A stretch of 64,000 nucleotides of DNA, taken from an uncultured Rhizobacter sp. (GTDB lineage Bacteria > Pseudomonadota > Gammaproteobacteria > Burkholderiales > Burkholderiaceae_C). A program made the position numbers and the translations under genes. This document shows, piece by piece, positions 1 to 11,092 of this stretch; the stretch's first letter is position 1; each line of letters opens with the position of its first letter. Below the pieces are notes generated by a model. It did not search any database. It saw only the letters and a list, made by a program, of their open reading frames with translations, and was not told the origin of the DNA. The stretch spans positions 206,353-270,352 of the forward strand of contig CAXTSS010000003.1 in assembly GCA_964247075.1 (NCBI GenBank), given 5' to 3'.

Positions 1-1
1 C

Positions 2-622
2 TACCTCTCAGGCCACCTGTTCGACCAGAGCGCCGATGAAGTGCGCCGCTTCGCGCGCCGCCGCATCGCCGACCTGATGGACAGCCGCGAGCCGCAGCTG
101 CTCGCCGGCATCGTCAGCGATCTGCGCGTGATCAACGGCCAGCGCGGTCGCGTCGCGATCTTCAAGCTAGACGACAAATCCGAGCCGATCGAGGCGGTCG
201 CGAACGAAGAGCTGCTGAACGCGAACCGCGACCTGCTGAAGGACGACGAGCTCATCATCGTGCAGGGCAAGGTGCAGCCCGATCGTTTCTCCGGCGGGCT
301 GCGGTTGACGGTGGCGCAGGTGTGGGATCTGGCCTCGGCGCGCTGCCGTTTCGGCAAGTACCTGCGCGTCGCGGTCAACGGCAGCGTGCCGCCGGTGGCC
401 GAGGTGCTGCGCGACTTCCCGTCGCGCCGCGTCGCCTCCGAGCAGGGCGACCTGACACAGGGGCTCACCGTGCGCTTGCAGCTGCATCGCACGAACGCCG
501 ACGCGAGTGCCAGCGGCGAGCTCGACCTGGGTGACTCGGCGCGCTTCTATCCCACCGACGCGGCGCTGGACCGCTGGCGCGCCGGCGCGCATCAAGGCGA
601 GGCGACGGTGGTCTACGAATGA
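2..622 (+). CDS. dnaE: DNA polymerase III alpha subunit, C-terminal part (5' truncated by window edge)
   Basis: Frame open from position 2 (YLSGHLFD..., OB-fold region 'AIFKLDDKSEPIEAV...IIVQGKVQPDRFSGGLRL'), typical of the DnaE C-terminus. Confidence 0.9.
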   Translation, partial: YLSGHLFDQSADEVRRFARRRIADLMDSREPQLLAGIVSDLRVINGQRGRVAIFKLDDKSEPIEAVANEELLNANRDLLKDDELIIVQGKVQPDRFSGGLRLTVAQVWDLASARCRFGKYLRVAVNGSVPPVAEVLRDFPSRRVASEQGDLTQGLTVRLQLHRTNADASASGELDLGDSARFYPTDAALDRWRAGAHQGEATVVYE

Positions 623-1812
623 CCTCCGCCGAGCCCGTCACCGGGCTGGTACTGACGGGCGGCGGCGCACGCGCCGCTTATCAGGTGGGGGTGTTGAAGG
701 CGATCGCGGCGATCCGCAGTGCCTCGAGTGGCGCGGAGTCCGGCAACCCGTTCCCGGTGATCGCCGGCACCTCGGCCGGTGCGATCAATGCCGCGGCGCT
801 GGCCTGTCGCGCCGACGATTTCGACGCCGCAGTCCGTGAGCTCTGCCAGGTGTGGGAGAACTTTCACGCCGAGCAGGTCTACCGGGCCGATTCGCTCGGC
901 GTGATTCGCACCGGTGCGCGCTGGCTGACGATGATGTCGATCGGCTGGGTGATCGCACGCTGGCGCCGCGCGCGGCCCAAATCGCTGCTCGACAACACGC
1001 CTCTCGAAGGGCTGCTGACCCGCCTCGTCAGCACCGAGCGGCTGCACCGCGTGATGAGCGAAGGCCACCTCGCGGGGCTCGCGGTCACTGCGTCGAGCTA
1101 CGGCTCGGGCCTGCATGTGACCTTCTACGACGCGGTGAACGACATCGTGCCCTGGACGCGCTCGCAGCGCATCGCGGTGCGCGCCGCGATCGGCGTGCCG
1201 CACCTGCTGGCGTCATCGGCGATCCCGTTCGTGTTCCCGGCGACGGCATTGAACATCGATGGCCACACCGAATACTGCGGCGACGGCTCGATGCGCCAGG
1301 CCGCGCCGATCTCGCCAGCGGTGCATCTCGGGGCGCAACGCATCCTGGTCGTCGGCGCCGGCCGCATGCACGAACCGCCCGGCGAGCGCGTCGGCAGCGG
1401 CGAGTACCCGAATCTCGCGCAGATCGCCGGTCATGCGTTGTCGAACATCTTCCTCGATGCGCTCGCGGCCGATGTCGAGCGGCTGCAGCGCATCAACGGC
1501 ACGCTCGCGCTGCTCACGCGCGAGCAGCGCGCCGCCACCAACCTGAAGCCGATCGACCTGCTGGTGATCGCACCGAGCCAGCGGCTGGACGACATCGCCG
1601 CCAAGCACCTGGCCGTGCTGCCGCTGCCGATCCGCGCGATGCTGCGCGGCCTCGGTGTGCGGGGGCAGGGCGATGACGCACGCGGCGCGGCGCTGGCGAG
1701 CTACCTGCTGTTCGAGGCGCCCTACACGCGCGAGTTGATGGCGCTGGGCATCGCCGACACGATGAGCCGCCACGACGACGTGCTGCGCTTCTTTGGCTGG
1801 ACGCCACGATAA
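619..1812 (+). CDS. Patatin-like phospholipase
   Basis: GGGARAAYQVG glycine loop, GTSAG nucleophile motif, DGS motif; ATGA overlap with dnaE stop. Confidence 0.9.
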   Translation: MTSAEPVTGLVLTGGGARAAYQVGVLKAIAAIRSASSGAESGNPFPVIAGTSAGAINAAALACRADDFDAAVRELCQVWENFHAEQVYRADSLGVIRTGARWLTMMSIGWVIARWRRARPKSLLDNTPLEGLLTRLVSTERLHRVMSEGHLAGLAVTASSYGSGLHVTFYDAVNDIVPWTRSQRIAVRAAIGVPHLLASSAIPFVFPATALNIDGHTEYCGDGSMRQAAPISPAVHLGAQRILVVGAGRMHEPPGERVGSGEYPNLAQIAGHALSNIFLDALAADVERLQRINGTLALLTREQRAATNLKPIDLLVIAPSQRLDDIAAKHLAVLPLPIRAMLRGLGVRGQGDDARGAALASYLLFEAPYTRELMALGIADTMSRHDDVLRFFGWTPR

Positions 1813-1864
1813 AAAACGCCCCGACGAATCGAGGCGTTCGAGAGAGGCGGGCCGTCGGGCCCGC
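1813..1864. terminator. Two hairpins between convergent genes (probable bidirectional terminator)
   Basis: aacgcc...ggcgtt and gcgggcc-gtcg-ggcccgc (1847-1864), preceded by an A-run. Confidence 0.5.
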
Positions 1865-1883
1865 GCTGTCGTTCGAGTTCTGA

Positions 1884-2459
1884 TTACTTCTTCGCGGCGC
1901 TGGCCGGTGCCACAGCAGCGGCGGGCTTGGTTTCCTTCGTGTCCTTGCCTTCCTTCGCGGCCTTCTTTGCCGCGGCCTTGTCGGCCTTGGCCGCAGCCTT
2001 TTCTTCCTTGGCCTTCATCGCGGCGGCCTTCTTGTCGTCGGCGCTCGTGGTGGCGGGCTTGGCAGCGGGCGCCGCGGCGCTGGCGGCCGGGGCGGCAGCA
2101 GGTGCGGCGGCCTTCGGCGCCTCGACCTTCGCCGCGGGCTTGTCTTCCTTCTTCGCGGCGGCCGGGGCCGCAGCCTTGGCCGGAGCGCCGGCGAACGCCG
2201 CGCCGTTGACGGTCAGGCCTTCGGTCGAGAACTTGGCGGCGTTGCCTTCGCCCACGCCTTTGACGCGGGTGACCATGTCTTGCCAGTCCTTGAAGGAGCC
2301 CTTCTTGCGCTCGTCGAGGATCTTGCCGGCGATGACCGGGCCGATGCCCTTGACGGCTTCGAGCTCGGCTTGCGTCGCCTTGTTGGCATCGACCGCGGCA
2401 AACGCCACGGCTGCGAACAGGGCCAGCATGGCCACGAGAATCTTCTTGATCATGTGCAT
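1884..2459 (-). CDS. ComEA-like helix-hairpin-helix protein with signal peptide and long Ala/Lys-rich tail
   Basis: Signal peptide, VDANKATQAELEAVKGIGP HhH motif, then ~95 aa of AK/AP-rich low-complexity sequence. Confidence 0.85.
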   Translation of the reverse strand: MHMIKKILVAMLALFAAVAFAAVDANKATQAELEAVKGIGPVIAGKILDERKKGSFKDWQDMVTRVKGVGEGNAAKFSTEGLTVNGAAFAGAPAKAAAPAAAKKEDKPAAKVEAPKAAAPAAAPAASAAAPAAKPATTSADDKKAAAMKAKEEKAAAKADKAAAKKAAKEGKDTKETKPAAAVAPASAAKK

Positions 2460-2560
2460 TCCTCAGAAATCAGTTGGAGGCGCGCCGAGCGGGATGCTGA
2501 GCGGCGCTCGACCCATAACGAAGCCCGCGTGCTCAGGGTTGACCCATGGCGCGAACAAAC

Positions 2561-3556
2561 TCAACTTTGTTGCTGCGCGAGCCAGCCCACGTAGGCGGTC
2601 ACGCCGGTCGCCACGTCCGCGAACGCATGGTGGCAGCCGGTGGCGCGCAGCCGGGTCAGGTCGGCCTCGGTGAACGATTGGTACTTGCCGACGAGCGCTT
2701 CGGGGAACGGGATGTACTCGACCAGCCCCTGCCGCACCAGCGCCGCGAGCGGCAGCGCGGCCTCGCCCTTGAGCGCGCGTGCGGCGTTGACGGTGGCCAC
2801 CGCGACGTCGTTGAACGGCTGCGCGCGGCCGGTGCCGAGGTTGAAGATGCCGCTCTGGTCCGGGTGCTGCAGGAACCATAGGTTGACCGCGACCACGTCA
2901 TCGACGAACACGAAATCGCGGCTCTGCTGGCCGGGCGCATAGCCGCCGTACTCGCCGAACAGCCTGACTTGGCCGGTCTCGCGGAACTGGTTGAAGTGGT
3001 GGAACGCGACCGAGGCCATGCGCGCCTTGTGCTGCTCGCGCGGGCCGTAGACGTTGAAGTAGCGGAAGCCGACGACCTGGCTCGTTGCCGCGGCCAGCAT
3101 CCGCCGCACGACGTTGTCGAACAGCAGCTTGGAGTAGCCGTAGACGTTCAGCGGTTGCTCGAACGCCGGCTCTTCGCGAAACGCCGCGCTGCCGCCGTAG
3201 GTGGCGGCTGACGAGGCGTAGAGCAGGCGCGTGCCTTGCGCTTGGGCAGCATCGAGCAGGTCCTTCGAGCAGCGGTAGTTGTTGTCGAGCATGTAGCGGC
3301 CGTTGTGCTCCATCGTGTCGGAGCACGCGCCCTGGTGCAGCACCGCGTCGATCTGGCCGAACTCGCCTTTCGCGAAGCGTGCGTAGAACTCGCTCTTGTC
3401 GAAGTAATCGCTGAGCTGCGCGCCCAGCAGGTTGCGGTACTTCGGGCCATCGGTCAGGTCATCGACGGCGATCACGTCGTCGATGCCGATGGCGTTCAGT
3501 CCGTGGACGAGGTTGCTGCCGATCATGCCGGCGGCGCCAGTGACGACGATCTTCAT
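2561..3556 (-). CDS. hldD: ADP-L-glycero-D-manno-heptose 6-epimerase
   Basis: GAAGMIG NAD-binding motif, [21 protein letters not shown]. Confidence 0.95.
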   Translation of the reverse strand: MKIVVTGAAGMIGSNLVHGLNAIGIDDVIAVDDLTDGPKYRNLLGAQLSDYFDKSEFYARFAKGEFGQIDAVLHQGACSDTMEHNGRYMLDNNYRCSKDLLDAAQAQGTRLLYASSAATYGGSAAFREEPAFEQPLNVYGYSKLLFDNVVRRMLAAATSQVVGFRYFNVYGPREQHKARMASVAFHHFNQFRETGQVRLFGEYGGYAPGQQSRDFVFVDDVVAVNLWFLQHPDQSGIFNLGTGRAQPFNDVAVATVNAARALKGEAALPLAALVRQGLVEYIPFPEALVGKYQSFTEADLTRLRATGCHHAFADVATGVTAYVGWLAQQQS

Positions 3557-4479
3557 CCAAATAGCTCCTCGTAGCTGACGCTCGCCGTGCCGAACTTGCC
3601 GACCACGATGCCGCCGGCGCGGTTCGCCAAGGGCATCGCGTCGCGCAGGCTCATGCCGCTGGCCAGCAGCGCGGCGAGCGTGGCGATCACGGTGTCGCCG
3701 GCGCCGGTGACGTCGAACACCTCGCGCGCCTGGGCGGGCACCTGCACGTGGCCGGCATCGTCGAACAGCGACATGCCGTCTTCCGAGCGCGTCAGCAGCA
3801 GCGCGTCCAGCCGGTGTTCGGCGCGCAGCGCATTCACGCGCTCGTGCAACTGCGCCTCGCTGCTCCAGGGGCCAATGACCTGCGCGAGCTCTGCGCGGTT
3901 CGGCGTGACGACACTGGCGCCGGCATAGCGCGAATAGTCGCTGCCCTTCGGGTCGATCAGCACCGGCTTGTTCGCCGCGCGGGCGAGTTCGACCATGCGC
4001 GGGATGTGCGTCAACCCGCCCTTGCCGTAGTCGGAGAACAGCACCGCGCCGGCGTCGGGCAGCACGCGCTCGAACTCGCTGAGCATGCCGGCCAGCACCT
4101 CGTGGTCGGGCTGGTTCTCGAAGTCGACGCGGATCAGCTGCTGGGCGCGGCCGATCACGCGCAACTTGACGATGGTGTAGAGCTGCGGGTCGCTGCCGAG
4201 CAGCGCGTCGATGCCGTGCCGCTCCAGCATCTGGCGCAGCTTGCGCGCGGGCTCGTCATCGCCGACGACGGTCAGCAGCGTCGCTTGCGCGCCCAGCGTC
4301 TTGACGTTGAGCGCGACGTTGGCCGCACCGCCGAGGCGCTCCTCCTCACGGTTCACCCGCACGATCGGCACCGGCGCTTCGGGCGAGATGCGATCGACGG
4401 CGCCGAACCAGTAACGATCGAGCATCGCGTCACCGACGACGAGCACGCGGGATCGCGCGAATTGTTCGCGGGTGTGCAT
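3553..4479 (-). CDS. hldA: D-glycero-beta-D-manno-heptose-7-phosphate kinase (RfaE domain I)
   Basis: [18 protein letters not shown], PfkB motif DVTGAGDT; start placed at MHTREQ (4479), just after the lapB stop. Confidence 0.92.
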   Translation of the reverse strand: MHTREQFARSRVLVVGDAMLDRYWFGAVDRISPEAPVPIVRVNREEERLGGAANVALNVKTLGAQATLLTVVGDDEPARKLRQMLERHGIDALLGSDPQLYTIVKLRVIGRAQQLIRVDFENQPDHEVLAGMLSEFERVLPDAGAVLFSDYGKGGLTHIPRMVELARAANKPVLIDPKGSDYSRYAGASVVTPNRAELAQVIGPWSSEAQLHERVNALRAEHRLDALLLTRSEDGMSLFDDAGHVQVPAQAREVFDVTGAGDTVIATLAALLASGMSLRDAMPLANRAGGIVVGKFGTASVSYEELFG

Positions 4480-4481
4480 GT

Positions 4482-5633
4482 CTATAGATCCTCCAGCCGT
4501 TGCGGCGGGTAGCTGTCCCAGTTCAGGCAGCCAGGGCATTGCCAGAAGTAGAGCTTGGCCTCGAAGCCGCAGGCGGCGCAGCGGTAGCGATGCAGCGGTT
4601 GCGCGGCGCGGCCGATCGCATCGCCGAGCGTCTGGGTTTCAGCCGGCGTGAACGAGGCGGCATCGGGCTGCGTGATCAGCGCCTTCGCGGCCGACAGGGT
4701 CGGGTGGTTGCGCAGGTGCGCGAGCAGACGCTCGCGCTGGTGTGCGGGCACCGGGTCGAGCAGCGCGATCGCGTCCAGCAGGTCCATCGATGGCGCGCGG
4801 CGGTACAGATCGCGCAGGCGCTCCAGCGCGGCGGGCGCGTCGCCGGCCTCGCGCGCGCTGGCGGCGTACTCGCGCGCGACGAGGTTGAACGCGTTCGGGT
4901 GCGCGACCATCAGCACGCCCCATACCGCCAGCACCTCGGCGTGATCGCCGCGCCGTGCGGCGCGCTCGCCCGCGAGCACGAGCGGGCGCGCGGCCTGCGG
5001 CGCGGCTTCGCGAGCGCGCTTCAGGGCGGTGTCGGCGTCGGTCGTCTGCTGTTTCGCGTCGGCCTCGAGGGCGATCTCACACCAGTAGTGCGCGATGCGC
5101 GAGGCGAACGAGCCCGTGCCGCGGTTCTCGAGCTTGCCCGCGACCTCGACCGCGGCGCGCCAGTCGCGCGAGCGCTCGTGAAGAGTGAGCAGTGCGAGCC
5201 GCGCTTCCGTGTCGAACGCAGTGCCGTCGAGTGCGCCGTAGGCGCTTTCGGCGCGGTCGAACAGGCCGGCCTTCATGAAGTCTTGTGCGAGCGCGTGCTG
5301 CGCGCGGTCGCGCTCGCTGCGGGGCAGGTCTGCGCGCTGCAGTAGGTGCTCGTGCACGCGCACCGCGCGCTCGAACTCGCCGCGGCGGCGGAACAGGTTG
5401 CCGAGGGCGAAGTGCAGGTCGGAGGTGTCCGGGTCTTGCTGCACCGCTTCGATGAAAGCGTCGATCGCCTTGTCGTGCTGCTCGTTGAGCAGCAGGTTCA
5501 GGCCCTTGTAGTAAGCCTTGGGCGAATCCTTTTGTTCACGTCGCCACTGCCGCAGGTCGAAGCGCGAGGCGAGCCAGCCGAGCGCGAAGGTCAGCGGCAG
5601 GCCGAGCAGCAACCACTGCAGGTCAAAGCCCAT
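4482..5633 (-). CDS. lapB: LPS assembly protein B (TPR repeats plus rubredoxin domain)
   Basis: N-terminal TM, TPR repeats, C-terminal CAACG...WQCPGC; position next to lapA/ihfB. Confidence 0.93.
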   Translation of the reverse strand: MGFDLQWLLLGLPLTFALGWLASRFDLRQWRREQKDSPKAYYKGLNLLLNEQHDKAIDAFIEAVQQDPDTSDLHFALGNLFRRRGEFERAVRVHEHLLQRADLPRSERDRAQHALAQDFMKAGLFDRAESAYGALDGTAFDTEARLALLTLHERSRDWRAAVEVAGKLENRGTGSFASRIAHYWCEIALEADAKQQTTDADTALKRAREAAPQAARPLVLAGERAARRGDHAEVLAVWGVLMVAHPNAFNLVAREYAASAREAGDAPAALERLRDLYRRAPSMDLLDAIALLDPVPAHQRERLLAHLRNHPTLSAAKALITQPDAASFTPAETQTLGDAIGRAAQPLHRYRCAACGFEAKLYFWQCPGCLNWDSYPPQRLEDL

Positions 5634-5934
5634 CGCGTGGCGGGTGAGGGATCGTGATTTCGCGTGCCGGCGTGGCCACCGGCGCTTCGGCTGCGGCCGG
5701 GATCACCGGAGCGTGCTTGCGCGCGACACGGCGGTGCCGCCACCACGCGGGCACCATCGCGAACACGCCGAACGCGCAGCCGAGCGCGAACGCGGCGAGC
5801 ACGACGAACACCATCGGCGCGCGCCACTCCTGGCCGAAGAACCAGCGGATGCCGGCCTCCTGCTGGTTGTTCAGCGCGAAAGCGAAGAGGGTGAAGAAGA
5901 TGGCGGCTCGGACGAGCCAGACGAAAACTCGCAT
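5623..5934 (-). CDS. lapA: LPS assembly protein A family membrane protein
   Basis: Two TM segments 'FFTLFAFALNNQQ...APMVFVVLAAF'; located between ihfB and lapB. Confidence 0.85.
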   Translation of the reverse strand: MRVFVWLVRAAIFFTLFAFALNNQQEAGIRWFFGQEWRAPMVFVVLAAFALGCAFGVFAMVPAWWRHRRVARKHAPVIPAAAEAPVATPAREITIPHPPRDGL

Positions 5935-5989
5935 CGGCGGCAGTGGGCATCAGGGCGGGCCGATTCTACCGGCCGGGGGATGCGCAGCT

Positions 5990-6301
5990 TCAGCTGCTCG
6001 CAGCGTCGCCGATGACGGGAACCTGGGCATCGACGGCTTCACGCAGCGCCTTGCCCGGCTTGAAATGAGGGACGAGCTTCTCGGGGATCACCACCTGCTC
6101 GCCGCTGCGCGGGTTGCGGCCCACGCGCGGCGGGCGGCGGTTGATCGAGAAGCTGCCGAAACCACGGATCTCGATGCGGTGCCCTTTGGCGAGCGCCGCA
6201 GACATCGCATCGAGAATCGTCTTGACCGCGAACTCCGTGTCACGGTGCGTCAGCTGGCCGAAACGTTCGGCCAGTTGCGCCACCAGATCGGAGCGGGTCA
6301 T
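5990..6301 (-). CDS. ihfB: Integration host factor beta subunit
   Basis: MTRSDL...IEIRGFGSF...[22 protein letters not shown]. Confidence 0.97.
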   Translation of the reverse strand: MTRSDLVAQLAERFGQLTHRDTEFAVKTILDAMSAALAKGHRIEIRGFGSFSINRRPPRVGRNPRSGEQVVIPEKLVPHFKPGKALREAVDAQVPVIGDAASS

Positions 6302-6308
6302 TTCAGAA

Positions 6309-8033
6309 TCAACCGTTGTTGTTCTGGTTGTCGAGCTTGGCGCGCAGCAGGGCCCCCAGGCTGGTCGTGCCGGCGCTCTCGCGCTCGCTGGTCTGCGCCA
6401 GGCGAGTCATCGCTTCCTGGTTGTCGGCGTTGTCCTTGGCCTTGATCGACAACTGGATCGAACGCAGCTTGCGGTCGACGTTGATGATCACGGCGTTGAC
6501 TTCGTCGCCTTCCTTCAGCACGTTGCGTGCGTCTTCGACGCGGTCGCGGCTGATTTCGGAAGCGCGCAGGTAGCCCGTCACGTCGGCATTCAGTTCGATC
6601 TCGGCGCCGCGCGCGTCGACCGTCTTGACCTTGCCCGTCACCGACATGCCGCGGTCGTTGACCGTGGTGTAGGTGGTGAACGGATCGCTGTCGAGCTGCT
6701 TGATGCCGAGCGAGATGCGTTCGCGATCCACATCGACGGCCAGCACGATCGCTTCGACTTCCTGGCCCTTCTTGTAGTTGCGAACCGCGGCCTCGCCCGG
6801 CTCGTGCCACGACAGGTCGGAGAGGTGCACCAGGCCGTCGATGCCGGCGGCAAGACCCACGAACACGCCGAAGTCGGTGATCGACTTGACCGGGCCCTTG
6901 ACGCGGTCACCGCGCTGCACGGTGGTCGAGAACTCTTCCCACGGGTTCGCCTTGCACTGCTTCATGCCCAGGCTGATGCGGCGCTTGTCTTCGTCGATTT
7001 CGAGAACCATGACTTCGACTTCGTCGCCGAGCGAGACGATCTTGCTCGGGGCGACGTTCTTGTTGGTCCAGTCCATTTCCGAGACGTGCACCAGGCCTTC
7101 GATGCCCGGCTCGATCTCGACGAACGCGCCGTAGTCGGCGATGTTCGTGATCTTGCCGAACAGGCGCGTGCTGTTCGGGTAGCGGCGCGACACGCCGTGC
7201 CACGGGTCGTCGCCGAGCTGCTTGATGCCCAGCGAGACGCGGTTCTTCTCGGCGTCGAACTTCAGGACCTTGGCCTGCAGTTCCTGGCCGACCTGAACCA
7301 CTTCGCTCGGGTGACGCACACGGCGCCAGGCCATGTCGGTGATGTGCAGCAGGCCGTCGATGCCGCCGAGGTCGACGAACGCGCCGTACTCGGTGATGTT
7401 CTTGACGACGCCGTTGACGATCGCGCCTTCATGCAGCGTCGACAGCAGCTTGCCGCGTTCTTCGCCCATCGAGGCTTCGACCACCGCGCGGCGCGACAAC
7501 ACGACGTTGTTGCGCTTGCGGTCGAGCTTGATGACCTTGAACTCCATGGTCTTGCCTTCGAACGGCGACATGTCCTTGACAGGACGCGTGTCGAGCAGCG
7601 AGCCGGGCAGGAAGGCACGGATGCCGTTGACGAGGACGGTCAGGCCGCCCTTGACCTTGCCGTTGACGGTGCCGGTCACGAACTCGCCGGATTCGAGCGA
7701 GTTCTCGAGCGACAGCCACGAGGCCAAGCGCTTGGCCTTGTCGCGCGACAGGATGGTGTCGCCGTAGCCGTTCTCGACGGCGTCGATCGCGACCGAGACG
7801 AAATCGCCGACCTGGACTTCGAGCTCGCCCTGGTCGTTCTTGAATTCTTCGATGGGCACGTAGGCTTCGGACTTGAGGCCGGCGTTGACCACGACAAAGC
7901 TGTGTTCGACGCGCACCACTTCGGCGGTGATGACTTCACCACTGCGCATTTCCGAGCGGGTCAGCGACTCCTCGAACATGGCGGCGAACGATTCCATGCC
8001 GGAGCTTGCGGCAGCAACTTGAGTTTGGGACAT
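6309..8033 (-). CDS. rpsA: 30S ribosomal protein S1
   Basis: Six S1 repeats ([15 protein letters not shown] etc.); start placed at MSQTQ (8033). Confidence 0.98.
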   Translation of the reverse strand: MSQTQVAAASSGMESFAAMFEESLTRSEMRSGEVITAEVVRVEHSFVVVNAGLKSEAYVPIEEFKNDQGELEVQVGDFVSVAIDAVENGYGDTILSRDKAKRLASWLSLENSLESGEFVTGTVNGKVKGGLTVLVNGIRAFLPGSLLDTRPVKDMSPFEGKTMEFKVIKLDRKRNNVVLSRRAVVEASMGEERGKLLSTLHEGAIVNGVVKNITEYGAFVDLGGIDGLLHITDMAWRRVRHPSEVVQVGQELQAKVLKFDAEKNRVSLGIKQLGDDPWHGVSRRYPNSTRLFGKITNIADYGAFVEIEPGIEGLVHVSEMDWTNKNVAPSKIVSLGDEVEVMVLEIDEDKRRISLGMKQCKANPWEEFSTTVQRGDRVKGPVKSITDFGVFVGLAAGIDGLVHLSDLSWHEPGEAAVRNYKKGQEVEAIVLAVDVDRERISLGIKQLDSDPFTTYTTVNDRGMSVTGKVKTVDARGAEIELNADVTGYLRASEISRDRVEDARNVLKEGDEVNAVIINVDRKLRSIQLSIKAKDNADNQEAMTRLAQTSERESAGTTSLGALLRAKLDNQNNNG

Positions 8034-8138
8034 TGGCGTTTCCGGTGCGGCGTGAAGCAGCCGCGGGGTTAGGTTGAACAACCGCCGCCCTGGCGTGCTT
8101 CGGTGACACAGGAGGGAGAGCGACGGACTCTTGGCTTT

Positions 8139-10148
8139 CTACGTCTCCGCAAAAGGCCTGCGACGTTCCCAGGCTTCCAGCACAGCGACCACCGAGGCTT
8201 CGACGGTCAATGCGGAGTTGTCCAGGCGCATTGCATCTTCGGCTGGCTTCAGAGGTGAAACCGCCCGGGTCTGATCCCGGGCATCTCTCATTTCCAGTTC
8301 GGCGCGAAGACTGTCGATATTAGACGAAATTCCCTTTGAAATCAACTGCTTGTGCCGCCGTTCGGCGCGCGTGGCGGCAGTCGCGGTGAGGAAGATCTTC
8401 AGATCGGCGCCGGGGAAGATCACCGTGCCCATATCTCGGCCGTCGGCCACGAGGCCGGGCACGCGGTGGAACGCCAACTGCAAGGTGCGCAGCGCGGCGC
8501 GCACCAGCGGGAAAGCCGAGACCTTGGAGGCGAGGGCGCCGACCTCTTCCAGGCGCAGAGTTTCGGTCACGTCCTGGCCCGACAGGAAGATCTGGCCAGG
8601 CCCGAAATGCAGGTCGAGGTTGGTGGCGAGTTGTGCCAAGCGCTGCTCGTCGTCGGCGCGGGTGCCGGAGCGCATCGCCGCGAGCGCGGTGGCGCGATAG
8701 ACGGCGCCCGAATCGAGGAAGTGGTAGCCCAGCGCCTGCGCGACGGCGCTGGCCAGCGTGCCCTTGCCGGAGGCGGTCGGGCCATCGACGGTGATGATGG
8801 GCACGCCGCGCTCGCGCGGCGTGACGACGCCGAACAGCGTCTCGAAGTAATCGGGAAAGGTCTTTGCCACGCACTGCGGATCGAGGATGCGCACCGGCAG
8901 GCGCGCCTCGTTGAAGGCCGCGAGCGAGAAGCACATCGCGATGCGGTGGTCGTCGTAGGTGTGGATCGCTGCCGGCTTCCATGCGCTCGGCGCGGTGACT
9001 TCGATGAAGTCCGCGCCCTCGGTCACCGTCGCGCCGAGTTTGCCCAGCTCGGTCGCCATCGCCGCGAGCCGGTCGGTCTCTTTCACGCGCCAGCTCGCGA
9101 TGTTGGTCAATCGGGTCGTGCCGGTGGCGTAGAGCGCCATCACGGCCAAGGTCATCGCGGCATCGGGGATGTGGTTGCAGTCGAGTTCGATGGCGCGCAG
9201 CGGCCAAGCGCCGCGCGAGACCTCGATCCAACGCTCGCCGAGCACCGCGTTCGCGCCCATCGCCCGCGCGGCGGCGACGAAATCGATGTCGCCCTGGATC
9301 GATTCGCTGCCGAGGCCTTCGATGCGCAGCGGTGCGTCTGCGCTGGCGGCGATCGCGCCGAGTGCGACGAAGTACGAGGCCGATGACGCATCGCCCTCGA
9401 CATGGAACTCGCCCGGCGAGCTGAGCCGGCTGCCGGCCGGCACCGTGAAGCGCGCCCAGCCGTCGTTGCGCACCTGCACGCCGAAGCGTGCCAGCAGATT
9501 CAGCGTGATCGCGACGTAGGGCCGCGAGATGAGTTCGCCGACGACCTCGATCACCACATCCTGCGCATGCGTCATCAGGCACAGCGCCTGCAGCAGGCCG
9601 GTGAGGAACTGGCTCGACACGTTGCCGCGCACACGGATCGGCGCAGAGAGAACAAGCGTGTGTGGTGTGCCATCGCCCAGCACGAGCGGCGGGTAGCCTT
9701 CCTTCGCGATGCATTCGATGTGGCAGCCGAGCGGTCGCAACGCGTCGATCAGGTCGCCGATCGGCCGTTCGTGCATGCGCGGCACGCCGCGGATCGTGAA
9801 GCGCCCGCCCTGCGCGGTCGCGAGCAGCGCGAGCGCTGCGGTGACGGTGCGCACCGAGGTGCCCGAATTGCCGAGGAAGATGTCGGCCTCGCGCGCCGCG
9901 AGCGCGCCGCCGGTACCGGTGATGCGGATCAATCGATCATCGCGCTCGATGCGGCAGCCGAGTGCGGCCAGCGCCTCGAGCATCACCTGCGTGTCGTCCG
10001 ATTCGAGCAGGTCGTGGATCGTGGTCACCCCATGGCTCAGGCCTGCCAGCAGCAGCACGCGGTTCGAGATGCTCTTCGAGCCGGGCAGGCGCACGCTGCC
10101 ACCGGCGGCGAGCAGGGGCGGGAGGTCGAGGAATCGGGTCTGAAACAT
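8139..10148 (-). CDS. aroA-cmk: Bifunctional EPSP synthase / cytidylate kinase (AroA-Cmk fusion)
   Basis: [17 protein letters not shown] and DDHRIAM (AroA), followed by [13 protein letters not shown] and [11 protein letters not shown] (Cmk) in one frame. Confidence 0.95.
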   Translation of the reverse strand: MFQTRFLDLPPLLAAGGSVRLPGSKSISNRVLLLAGLSHGVTTIHDLLESDDTQVMLEALAALGCRIERDDRLIRITGTGGALAAREADIFLGNSGTSVRTVTAALALLATAQGGRFTIRGVPRMHERPIGDLIDALRPLGCHIECIAKEGYPPLVLGDGTPHTLVLSAPIRVRGNVSSQFLTGLLQALCLMTHAQDVVIEVVGELISRPYVAITLNLLARFGVQVRNDGWARFTVPAGSRLSSPGEFHVEGDASSASYFVALGAIAASADAPLRIEGLGSESIQGDIDFVAAARAMGANAVLGERWIEVSRGAWPLRAIELDCNHIPDAAMTLAVMALYATGTTRLTNIASWRVKETDRLAAMATELGKLGATVTEGADFIEVTAPSAWKPAAIHTYDDHRIAMCFSLAAFNEARLPVRILDPQCVAKTFPDYFETLFGVVTPRERGVPIITVDGPTASGKGTLASAVAQALGYHFLDSGAVYRATALAAMRSGTRADDEQRLAQLATNLDLHFGPGQIFLSGQDVTETLRLEEVGALASKVSAFPLVRAALRTLQLAFHRVPGLVADGRDMGTVIFPGADLKIFLTATAATRAERRHKQLISKGISSNIDSLRAELEMRDARDQTRAVSPLKPAEDAMRLDNSALTVEASVVAVLEAWERRRPFAET

Positions 10149-10189
10149 GCGGCAGCGCAGCGCGTTGCTGCAAGGTGGAGGCTAAGAAC

Positions 10190-11074
10190 CTAGCGATTTG
10201 TCGGTGACTTGCCGGAGCTCATCTGCCAGCCCCCGCGTGCCTCGGAGGCGCTGCGGATCATCTCTTCGAGCGCGTCGACGTTGCCCGAGGTCAGCGCGCG
10301 CTCCATCGCTTCGAGCGTGTGCCGGAAGCGCAGGCTTTGCTTGAGCACCTCTTCGCGGTTCGACATCAGCACATCGCGCCACATCGTCGAGTCGCTCGCG
10401 GCGATGCGCGTGAAATCGCGAAAGCCCGGGCCGGCCAGCGAGAGGTAGTCGCGCCCCGCGGGTTGCTTCGCGACCGAGTTGAAATACGCGAACGCGAGCA
10501 GGTGTGGCAGGTGGCTCACCGCGGCAAAGGCGCCATCGTGGTTCTCGGGTGTCATGCGCAGGACTTGCGCACCGATCGCGGCCCACACATCTGTCGCCTT
10601 CTGCACCAGCTCCGGGTTGGTCTGCGGCAGCGGCGTCAGGATGACCTGGCGGCCGTTGTAGAGGGCAGCGTCCGCGTTGGCGATGCCCGCCACTTCCTTG
10701 CCGGCGATCGGGTGGGCGGGCACGAACGAGGCGATGTTCTCCTTCAGCACGCGGCGCGCCGCGTCGACCACGTCGCGTTTGGTCGAGCCCACATCCATGA
10801 TCAGCACGCCGGGCTCGATCAGGTGGCGGATCGCCTTGAAGGTGGCTTCGGTGGCGGCCACCGGCACCGCGATCAGCACGATGTCGGAGCCGGAGACGGC
10901 GAGCAGCGCCGACTCGGCGACCTGGTCGATCACGCCGAGCTTTTTCGCCTTCTCGGTGGTCGAGGGCGACTTGCTGTAGCCGATGACGCGCTTGACGAGG
11001 CCGGCGCGCTTGCATGCGAGCGCGAACGAGCCGCCCATCAGGCCGCATCCGATCACGCCGAGTTGGTTGAACAT
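10190..11074 (-). CDS. tyrA: Prephenate dehydrogenase
   Basis: GCGLMGGS, DVGSTK, HPIAG, SHLPHL motifs. Confidence 0.92.
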   Translation of the reverse strand: MFNQLGVIGCGLMGGSFALACKRAGLVKRVIGYSKSPSTTEKAKKLGVIDQVAESALLAVSGSDIVLIAVPVAATEATFKAIRHLIEPGVLIMDVGSTKRDVVDAARRVLKENIASFVPAHPIAGKEVAGIANADAALYNGRQVILTPLPQTNPELVQKATDVWAAIGAQVLRMTPENHDGAFAAVSHLPHLLAFAYFNSVAKQPAGRDYLSLAGPGFRDFTRIAASDSTMWRDVLMSNREEVLKQSLRFRHTLEAMERALTSGNVDALEEMIRSASEARGGWQMSSGKSPTNR

Positions 11075-11092
11075 GAGGTCAGTGGATCCGGG

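Noticed and set aside
8139-10148. AroA-Cmk fusion as a novelty
   Set aside because: From memory this fusion is common in this group of Burkholderiales
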